The position numbers and the translations under genes were made by a program. A stretch of DNA of 33,084 nucleotides from Trypethelium eluteriae. Taxonomy: Eukaryota. The stretch is from assembly GCA_051942245.1 (NCBI GenBank), contig JAVECL010000247.1, positions 1 through 33,084 on the forward strand. Reading direction: 5' to 3'. This document shows, in pieces, positions 1-10,400 of the stretch (positions within the stretch are counted from its first letter, which is position 1; each line of letters starts with the position of its first letter). Below the pieces are notes generated by a model. The model worked only from the letters and a program-made list of their open reading frames with translations, ran no database searches and had not been told where the DNA came from.

Positions 1-355
1 GTCTTCGAGGGTTGGGGTGGGAGAGTGAAGGCGGTCTGGGAGTGCGGAATGCGGGCGAGGATGGTGAGGTCACACGCACGAGGTTGAAAAAAGTCCCGGT
101 GAGGAGGGAAGTTTAACTGCGACTCGCAGCAAACTAGTGAAGCACGCGTCAAGGAGGAAAGGGTGGATGGCAGAGAGAGGAGGTGAGGTTGGCCAGGGCA
201 GCGCAACAGGAGTCGTAGGTAGAGTATGTTGTAGAAAGACGAGCAGGCCCTTGCCGAGTGACAGGCGCGCGAAATCCAGTGGAATGTTCTGAGCAAAGGC
301 GTAGGACCCAGCGCTGGGGTTCATGGGTTTTTTAGATCCGCTGCTCGATGAACTA

Positions 356-405
356 GGGACTGGGTACGGAGCTGGGTACGGGACTGGGTACGGGACTGGG
401 TACGG
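356..405. repeat. 12-bp tandem repeat (GGGACTGGGTAC) x4, G-tract rich
   Basis: Units at 356-367, 368-379 (variant GGAGCTGGGTAC), 380-391 and 392-403. It produces the PYPV repeat in the 70..411 ORF. Confidence 0.9.
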
Positions 406-1215
406 TATCACGGTATAAAGGCGTGGGAGCCCCTTCAGGCCCTCACCGTTTCTCTCGCCTGCCAGCAGTCGTCATTCGCCCGGGCTGGCGATGCACCACC
501 GCGATCCAGTCCCATCCGGTCGAAACGCTCGCTGGCTTATGCGCCTCGCTCGCCTCTCTGCCTCTATCCTTCGCTACCCATCACTACCCATCGCATCCAC
601 CCTCCCACGGCTCCACCGCATGGCAGCCCGGCCCGCCATGGCAGGGTTGGCCACGCTTTCACCCCCTTCCCGATGCTTCCCGGCCGAGTTGCAGCGCCGC
701 TTATTTTAGATTGCAGCGGCAAGCGAACGCCTGAACTTCCCTGGCGTCGTGCTCTCATCCGTCCTATCGTGCTAGCCTCTTCTCACCCATTCCTGCCGGC
801 CGGGCGGGAGACTTGGACCTCCTCGACCTTGGGCTCGACGCTGCTGTCAGCCCTCCCGTCTGGCGCCAAACCTTCTCTTGGGCTCGGCCGCGGGCCCGTC
901 CTGCTGCAATCCTGTCACCCATGTCACCCATGTTGCCCAGGTCTTTTCAGCTTGGCTAAGCTACAGGGATACCCCATCTTCTTCATCTGCTCGTCACCGC
1001 ACCGCGCTCGCTGCACACCCCGCTCCCTGCCAGTTCCAGGTACGGAGTCTCATGCCGTCAGCCAGACGGGCTTTCTCTGGCTGGACTAACTAACGGATGA
1101 CAGCTTGCAGACCCTCCAACTCACTAACTCTCTCTGTCTCTCGTGAGGCGGACGTATGCGACGATGACAGGAGGCTCTAATCCTGGCTCACCCTCTCTTC
1201 CTCTCCTCCTCTCCG

Positions 1216-1243
1216 CCTCCTCCTCCTCCTCCTCCTCCTCCTC
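1216..1243. repeat. (CCT)n microsatellite in a pyrimidine-rich tract
   Basis: About 9 consecutive CCT units are visible directly. Confidence 0.9.
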
Positions 1244-4200
1244 TCTCACACCCATATTCTGCGCCTAGCAGTACGTCAAGAGTCAGAACTGCCTTAAAAG
1301 TACAGAGTACGTGGGTCGATAACTATCCAGAGTGCAACCTTTTCAGCCCAGGCGTGTTGGTTGCCAGCGGTTGCCGTGAGCCTAGCCAGTCAGGCCGTCG
1401 TTTGCTGATCCGCGTCTGGGGAGTGCTGCCTACTCCCTGTCTTTCACACCCCTGCCACAGCGTGCCAGGTTTGCCACGCGACGGCACAGGCAAGCGACGT
1501 GAAGATGATCTCAATTCTTGCCCGTCTCGCTCTCGTTTGTCGACCCGGACCGCCGACGGCCATGTGCAACATCTTGCATACTGTAGTATGTACTCCCGTA
1601 CCCCTCAGCGTTTGCCTTCTCGCCTTCTGCAAGATGAAATCATGAAGCAACGCAGGTGAATCGAGCTAATTAAGGTACAGCAATATAGCAACACCAACAG
1701 TCCAATCTCAACCTTCCATTCTTAGCTTTTTGTAGTGATGCACGTAAGGAACCTTAAACAACCCGAATCAAGGATGGTTTATGTAGGCAGAGCTGCGGAA
1801 GGGGTATGGAAACTTTCTAGTGTCTGTGATACCTGCCTGGTCAATCATTGATTGCATTATTGCGAGTCGATTCTCCGAGACCGGCTATGGTCTGGCGCCG
1901 GGGACCCGGGCTCATTTTGAGACGATATCCCTGACGGAGCAGCTACTGTACCTAGGAATACATTAGGTAGTTTATGACAGGATCGAGCTGTCTGACGGAG
2001 GTCTCAGCAACACCAAGAGATGATTATGCTGCTTTTTTTTTTCGGCCCCTAAACCTTCAGCTGAGGCAAGTCTGCACCACCGTGTAATTTACGTTGCAAA
2101 CATGGCAATCCCAGGAATAGCCAGTGGCCCGTTCCGCGATCGCGATATCAAGGGTTCAAGGAGGGAGAAGAAGCATCAGCAGCGTGGATGCCGCGTGCGT
2201 TGCGTGCGTGTGTGTGTGCGGTCCGATCGCGCCTTGCATGATGGGCGATTGAACGACCAACCAAAAGCCCAACATCTTCTTCGCCCTCCTGTCTACCCTT
2301 CCTCTGCCATCCATCTGCCATGATGCTAAGGTACTCTAAGCTTGGACAGCGTGTGTGACTGCTCCAGACACTTGTTCGGTGTGTTGGTCCTGGATCCTGA
2401 CTCGCATCTTGCCGTTTCGGCCCAGCTTGATTCATCCTGAAGCTTAGAAACGGGACTGAAACATCCGCATTGGTCGCCCACCAAATCTTATCCTGATGAT
2501 TGACATTGCAATCCCCCGCCAGAGTCTTGTCCTGTTGCTGGGGTGTTATTACTTGGCCGTCGATGATGCGCGATCCGTAGCATTTCTACATGTAACTGCA
2601 GCTGAACTGACTGGCAGCTCTTCCCAACGCCCTTCTGCAATTTGTGCTATACTCGGGCTCACACAGCTGGAACGTCTCTGACGCTGGTCATGTTTTCATC
2701 AGCCCGCTAGCGCCGGTCTTTGATCCGTGAGCGTGAGACGGTGCCATCAGGGTACTGCCCGAGTCAAGAATCACGACTCGGGGACTCGATAGACCAAAGA
2801 ACACGACTCGTACTGATGCAAGAGCGTCTACCTATTTTCTGGTCCGAGCCTTAGGTCGTACAAGACGGGCCGTGCCACTCGCGGGCAGGATCTCTATCCC
2901 CGCTCCTCGTTCCTCGGTTGCAGCATGGACGAAACAGCTGTCGACCGGCCTTACTCACATAAACCAAGGACCACGAGACGTGCGGTGCATGGTTCCTCAA
3001 CAACCGCGACTCCCGCACCAAATCATCAAATTGCGCCGCTCAGAGGCATAGCGCGAATGGAAACAAGAAGTCCCCAGCCGCGGGTGTGCATATTATTGGC
3101 TTATCTTGGGCCAGCTGACGCGCTGGAAGCCAAGGCTAAATTACTCGGCGCGCGGGACCAAAGAGACGGAGCCTGCTCAAGCCATCGCCCCAGTCAGACG
3201 AACAGGGCGGGACGACCGTATCACCGGCTGCGACTTGGCAACGCACAGCCTCGCACGTCATGTTAACATGGCATTTGCCGCATCGAGCGTGCTGCACTGC
3301 GTGTGCGAGATGCGACGCTGGCGGGCCTGAGAAAAAGAAAAGCGACAAGAAAAAGGGAGAGTAAAGAAAGAAGTAAGAAGCAAGAAGCAAGAAGGAAAGC
3401 CAAAAAGGGGTTACACAATCGCGAAACCCAACGACTACCTAAGCCGGTTTAATGGCTTGCGAGTTCTGGGGCAAAGAGGATGCAACCGCATCAGGGCGCA
3501 CTAAAGCGGGAACGCCCGATAGCGCAGGTGTTACGGACCGATTGTTTGGAGCCAGCGGCGAGGTAAAACATTGACAAACAGCATTGCATGAGTTATTGGA
3601 CCTTGCTGCGCGAGGGAGCGAGGGGGCAAAAGCTTCGACGCCCAACTTACACGATGCGTGCGCCTCTGACTGTGGCCAATGTCCTTCTCCAGTGCGTCCG
3701 GTGTAGCGTGGGCTGACGGGGCGACTTGTGCTACGTTTGGCAGCGATCGCCCCGTCAACTAACCACCTTAACCCAGCTCTTCACCCGTCTGACGAGGGTC
3801 GGCACGCTGCATGGGACTATGCACGCATTGCACGCAAAAGCCAGGATGTTTAGCCTCGCTGCGCTGCTCCCGCGGCCAAAGCAAATACCTTATTAGCTCT
3901 TCTTCTACCCGTCATCGCCTCGATTGGCTGTTGGAATACTGCCAACTGCGCAACCACCACACTTCTGCAACGCGGGAAAAGCAGCTTGGGAGGTAAGGCA
4001 GGGTGACTGCAATCGGCAGAGGGTGCGACCTGGATTGTACGACTTTTGCGCATCGTTCAATACTCGGCTCAGCATGAGATTGCTGGCTACCGGCACCCCT
4101 CGGCACGACGTTGACGCACAATTGGGCAAGCCTGCATTGACGCCAACGCAGCATACTCTACATGCAGACAGTGAAGGTCTTGTGACTGCAACTGCAGTAC

Positions 4201-4435
4201 GGAATGAGTAGCAATCCCCCTTTTTGGTGGGCGATCGCGGGAGGATCGGCATACGATGGCCCTCCACAATTCATCCCGGCAGGCGTGAGAGATGGCCTTT
4301 CATGGCTTTGTTTTTGTAGCCGTTCAACGGTACCGATGATAGAAGATGTCGCCTGACGCTAGTAGAGAAAATTCAAGAATACCAGGGCAGCAGGAATACC
4401 CGCCACTATCGCCGTCCTGGTGTGCAACAACCTCC

Positions 4436-4450
4436 AAAAAAAAAAAAAAA
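4436..4450. repeat. poly(A) tract, 15 nt
   Basis: Homopolymer run seen directly. Confidence 0.85.
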
Positions 4451-7400
4451 GCCGACCGCTCAATGGCGATGATTGATCAGTACTCGTTACAGCATGTAGC
4501 AGAACGATTACACGATGACGCAAGCGACGGCAACTCTAATTTTCGCAGGCCGAGGCCGAGGCCGAGGCACATGAGATCAGATGGCAATTAGAGAGACGGC
4601 GCTAGAACCAGGGGTTTTAAGGTTGCACGTGCGCATTTGGCCTTGGTGTACGGAGTAAGCTTTGAACGGACGAACAAGTTGAATGTGGGTATGGAACGTC
4701 TGACTAAAGATCACGTCTTTCAGATGAGTTGACCGGCCACTGGGCAAGGCTAATTCTCCTGTCTGCCCACGACAATGATGACAACAAGGACAGCCGCGGG
4801 ATGCGCCTATGGTCGATCAAGTGGCCCATCGAGGATCTCCTGCCTTCTCCTCGCCTCTGTGCGTCTCCGCTTTCTTAGCGACTCTCGGCGAGAGCAGCGG
4901 GCCGCCCCGTTTAGTCGGGGGGTAGATAGGCAGTAGGTATCTCCTCTGTACCCAGTACTGTGTTACAAAGTCACCGCCGACACCACGAATACTGAGCTCA
5001 CGATTTGCTCGATTGGGTCTGGGCTCGCATGTCTCTGATGCATCAAAGCGACGGCAAACTAGTCCGGAAACAGATGCGGCAACACGTGCCCTATCCACTC
5101 CATAATAAATCGCTGACACCCGTCTCAAACCGTTGTACGAGGCAGACCGGTCGCTCTCAGATTTTAGGAATCCTACCTCGTATGCTCGATGCTTTCGTGC
5201 TTTCGTGACAACAGATCGCCGTGATCTGCACCACCAATGGTGGGTAACTACTATTTCTCCAGCCTCCAAGGTATGGGATTCTTGGGGGGAATTGCCGATG
5301 AAACGTTTGGAAACTAGAAAAGGCAGTCCGATGCGGGAACCTGAGACGGTCTGGAAGAATTTCCCACCGCTCCCGTTCCCATCGCCCGAGCTGGTCCTTG
5401 GAGGCACCCCGTTCCTAAAGATGAATGGTACTGTGGGTAATGAGCTGAATGTTGAGAGCCAGCCTGAGTACCGTTCGAAACAGCGGCCGAAGCCGTTGTT
5501 CCATCCAGGATGATTAATTCCGACCTGCACCAAGTGGTACCGCCAAGCTGGGTACTTACCAACCGTGAGGCCCTTTCCGCCGTTGCAAAACCTTTTCCTC
5601 CCTCTTGGCCCTGCCCAAAGGAGATTAAGCGCGTCGGCTACAACCGCCCGTCTCTAACCCCTCGCCCAGCTCGCCGCTTTTACCTTTCCGTTGACGCCAA
5701 GCACCCACGGCACCCCAAGGCTACGCGTCTTGCTCCAGCTTCCCCTGCCGCGCCACGTAGCTCAGCCATCCTTTCCACCCTTTCCGTGTCTGCACCTTAA
5801 CTTCACACGGGCATAGACGAGTCACATGCCCATCTAGCGCCGCAGTGTTCCGCACCTGGCCGTCATCGTTGACCCACCCAACCGGGCCGATTTGCTATGG
5901 TGCCACCGTGCTATGGACCCAGCTGGACGAGGCGACCGAAAGGCGAGACGGGAACGGGCCTGCCCTTGTTTTCACCTTCCCCCGCAATTTTCTTTGCTTT
6001 TTCCCTCAGACAGCTTTACAGGCATTGCGGAATTTTGAGGAGAGAGAGCAGACCAGAAATGAGGCGGAGCTGGACTCGATCTGTTCATTCTTCTTGACCA
6101 TCTCCACCATCTCGACTCATCTGCTCACCCAGTGACGGCTGAGTACCTGGCACAGCCCACACTCTTACTTACCTCACCAGACCGCCTTGAGAAGATTTTT
6201 GGGACCCGCTGTGACCAAGCGCAAAACTAGAAGTCGTGTTTCTAGGGCCCGAAATTTCGATAAAGCGACGAGTCTAGACGGATCGTGTAGATAATAGCGA
6301 TACCGGAAGTGCCAGTGGAGCACCCCGCCAAGTCGCTGACGTATGCTCTCAAGTCTTTCGAATTTTCGCAAAGACTGATCGAGCTATGAGCCGGTGAAGG
6401 AAAGAAGCAACATCTCTTGCCTAGTTGATTCACCGACATGCACTTGCGTACAGGCGGATTGCGCAAAGTAGCCCGTAGACGCCCGATAACTTATTGACCA
6501 TAGAACGACTGCCCCCCACCCACAAAATCGCAGTAGGGAAGGTACTTAGTTGCATGTACATGTATGTAAGTAGCATCCATATCGAGACCCGCACGGCATT
6601 GTACCCCACTAAACTTTGGTCTACTGCTAGAAGGATGAGATTGCTGGCTCTTCCTGCGAGAGCAATAGTGTGAGATGGCGGTGTGCACACTCGACAGACG
6701 AGTCGTTCTTCTGATTCGTCAGCTGGCGTGAGGGGGCGACCATGGGCATACCTTGGCCCGGAGGCAACAGATGGATGGGACGAGTGCTCTCGCTTATAGT
6801 CGGCCCTCTCGACACTGGATGCGGCTGTCACTAGGCCTGGCAGAGCTTCTAAACAGTGGAAGGCTAAGGTACAAGTGTACGTACCTAATTCTTCGCCCCT
6901 GGATCTTGCCGGGGCTTATGAAGTATGCACGGAATAGGAACGAGGATAATAGTGTGATAGGTAGAATGTCAATGATGACAGGACGCGGGAGCATCGCAAC
7001 CCTTATTACCTCATCATTCGGTTTCGGGATCCATTCTAAGTGCATTGGTTGACTAGTAGCTCGGAACAATAATTTGCTCAGGTCAAGGTACCTACCCTGC
7101 TAAGAATTCGGAGCCATTACGGCAATAGTGGCCTGGAGGCTCCATATCATCCGCTAAGTCACGGTGGGAATTAACCCGAAGACGGGAGGTATCAGAGGTT
7201 TGTACTCTGTGAGTCTGTAACATCCAGGCTGACGCAAGGACTGTTGAATAGCCTAAGGAATCTGACTACTCCGTGCCTAGGTACCTATTCTTATCTGGGA
7301 TCGATGTCTCACGTGTTGCGTGAACGAGTTACTGCATTCGGACATTCGATTTTGATATATACCTATGTGACAATTTTGAAAATCTCAACAGAAGTACTAC

Positions 7401-7477
7401 ATGCTCAAGTAGATGTACCATGACGTGAACCTTTCCATGAGCCTGCCCAGGTAAGTAAGGTACGTAATGAAATCAAA

Positions 7478-10400
7478 TCAGTCGCTATCACCACCAGTCT
7501 CGTTGCCTCCTTCTGCGTCACTAATTGCACCCTCGGCTTCCTCTGCGTCTTCGTCTTCATCATCGCTTCCCGAAGAGGGATCATCCGGCATGACAACGTT
7601 GTTGAGGTATGTGATCTATCGAGATACACGTCAGTTCATCGATCCCTCTATCATGCTTGGTCATGAGTTTGCGTTAGAATAATTGGGCTTTGGTCGCATC
7701 AGCAGTATGCACACCATTTGCCGGCGCACGCTACCTGCTGCATCTTGCACATCCAGGCCTCTTCGTGGAAGGTCTAAACGCCCGAAGTCGCATTGCAGGA
7801 CGAGGCGTATTAATCAAATCGACGGAGAAGGACCTCCCAGAAGCTGGTACACTAAGAGACAGAGCCAATGCACGGCATCGGCGCGGCCCATCGGTGTACT
7901 CCGTTGGCCAACTGCAAGCGCCCAGAAGGAAGCCTTCTCCTGAGAGATGCTCCGTTCCAGAGGTGACACGTTCTCGATCATAAGTATGGCTTGACCACAC
8001 CAAGCAGCCCCCGCAATCTGCATGCACCTCGCCGTACGATGGCGCAAAATGGTACAGTATGCGAGTGCAATGCGCGGATCCGCTTCCCAAGCCACTCAAG
8101 GCGGAAGATGAGTGAGATGCGAATGACTCGAGAGGCTACGGCGACGGTGGGTGATATGTGATGGTGGCACAAGGTAGGGAGGGATGATGGGCAAAGCACT
8201 AAGAAGGGGAGTGGAGGCACTACGGGAGGATTACTTACGAAGGGTACCATGCATGAAACTATGTCCGCAATGCGTTGTAAACCCTGAGGGCCAACCACCT
8301 CCTCGTCCGGTAGCTTCCTCCCTACCGTAAAGTTCTTTAATTTGAGCAGCTCAATGTTGGGGTGATCGGCTTCGTATCCCTGAAACGAGAGCACGAAGGG
8401 TTAGTAAAAAAAAATCTCTGAACGCCAAAGGGTTCGAATTTGAAAGTTTTGAAAAAACTAGAGTGAGTCGAGAGAAAAGCTGGGAGGTGGGCTATTCCTT
8501 CGGTGGGGAGGGATCCGGGAAGGCACAAGGCCGGCTTGTTTTGACCAAGCGGCAGAGCATAGGGACGCTGTCGACTCAATCAAACGCCAACCACCATGCT
8601 CGGGTTGGCGTCCAAATTGGATGGTCAGCATTCGAACTGTGGCGTGTGAGGCATCATGCCCATCCAAGGTGACTCTGATGGGAACCACGGCTTGCTTCAT
8701 GCAGCACCATGGACTTGTTGTGTTGTAGGTAGCTCGTCCTCGGTTCCAAACTCTTAGCCTCTTCGGGGGGCTAGCATCCCGTCAACACTGCACCTTCGTC
8801 CCTCGCCATCCTCTTTCCAAGGACGGAGACTGGCAGAGCGACTCAAAGGCAAGGGAGCATTCATCATCACATCCAGAAGAGTGGTATTGCATCCGGATCG
8901 CTGGCCTCGAGCAACGTCGTGCAACAGCCAACAGCGCTTACTCAAGCCTCATCCGATTTTGTCCATGAGCAGGATGGAAAATCCGGCTGTGCGACTGGAT
9001 AATCCATGGGCACGCTATACTTACCGCGTATCGCACTTCCTACTATTTGTGGTTGCTGATGAATGAAAATCAAGTGTAGGCTTACCTTCGGCTTCGTCTT
9101 CAAAGCATTCCCCGAATTGAGTCCTGCAAACGCGTCCACTGCCTTCTTCTCGTCCTTGCCGATGCCTCCCAAGAACTCTTTGCGCATACCTGCATCACTC
9201 AAGACGGCTTTGATGCGATGTGGTTTCCGATCGATGTCGCGGCGAAGGGCTGCCAGGGGACCTGCCTCTGGCATCCACAACCCGCCCCCTGTGATCCGAA
9301 AGCCTACGTCAGTCCCAATTCGAACGATCTTTGGAATACGGCCATCATGTGTCGCGGCTGGACGCCTCATAGGGTGCTGAGATCGAGATCATAAGAGTGT
9401 GTGTGCTTGACGTGCAGATTGCGACCGCGTGGTAATCACACGCCTGAGGAAGAAGGCCAACTGAACGCTCGTTACACCATTGCACGCCCAAATCACTGTG
9501 CTTCCCTCGAGCTATGTAGCCGCTTGCCGTGGACTGGCGCAGTAGATGGTTGCAGCACGGCTCCTGCTGACAGTGACTGAGACTTCAGTCAAAACCCAGC
9601 AGGGGTACTCGTAGGCAAAGCATTATCCATGGTGACCCGAATCATGATGCACTTGAAGATAATGCTATCTAAAAGCGCGTACGTGATGGCTCTACGATCT
9701 TATGCTGATGGAAAGAAACAGCTTTCGAAGACACCTTCTCCTCTCTCCCGTCCCAAATTTCCAGGCATTATAGTCAGCCTGAAGTACTAAGGAATATCGA
9801 TCAATTCAAAGAGGAGGCGAACAATAGTGATTGAAAAGTCTTCTTGGCTGGCAGGCGTGAGTGCGGCGAGCCTATGATTCCTCACCGTCGGCCTGACCTG
9901 AATACTGTTTCTTGGTGTAGGGAGCAGAAAAGGTCTGAACGCTTATAAATCTAGCAATCCATAGCTCCAGGTTAGGGAAGCCATCCTCGTATTCTGCGAA
10001 GATATCGACTATCGCGTACAGAGGGTACCCTAAGATAATAGTACCCACTGCTGGAAGGCCATGGTAGATCAGGCAGTCGATATACGGAGAGTCTTGCGAT
10101 AAGGGGGACAAGTCGGGAGGGGGGCAAGTAAGCTAGGGAAGATCGTCTTACCTACGAAGCTATCTCCAGGGGCAATTTGTACGTAGTAGGCAGCGTATGG
10201 ACCTTTGCGACCGGTCCTTGACCTTCCTAGTGTTAGCTAATTTCATGCGTCCAGAACGCAACAATCTTACCACGCTGCCGAGAAATGTGTCTTTCAGAGA
10301 CTGCTATCAGCAAAAGTTTCATTCTTCCTGGCCAGACTAGTGAATGCGGCATACCTTGTAAGGGGTAGGGTCCGGACTGAAGCGGATATCACGGTATATT

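Noticed and set aside
70..411. 113-aa ORF with PYPV repeats
   Set aside because: It has a non-ATG start, its repeats are simply the 12-bp minisatellite, and it has no recognisable domain.
2494..2610. TGATGA...CTGA box C/D-like spacing
   Set aside because: Box C is non-consensus, and I see no terminal stem and no rRNA antisense element I can recognise.
8413..8425. GUUCAGAGA resembling a group I intron R element
   Set aside because: It sits next to the branch point with no downstream S/P7 partner, and the intron has ordinary spliceosomal signals.
8431..8440. GGTTCGAAT tRNA T-loop/B-box-like word
   Set aside because: No cloverleaf, A-box or T-stem surrounds it.
9371..9400. GGGTGCTGAGA resembling the start of a TPP riboswitch
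   Set aside because: It is antisense to the host gene and lacks the downstream GAUCUGGAUAAUACCAGCG-type P4/P5 motif.
9546..9796. AUAUUCCU and AACCAU resembling snR30/U17 m1 and m2 motifs
   Set aside because: Both matches are imperfect and there is no ACA box at the required distance after m2.
9970..9977. CCCUAACC telomerase-template-like word after a hairpin in intron 4
   Set aside because: It is only 8 nt and its 3' end is locked in an enclosing helix. I could not find a pseudoknot or a CR4/5 P6.1 element. A fungal TER covariance-model search would settle it.
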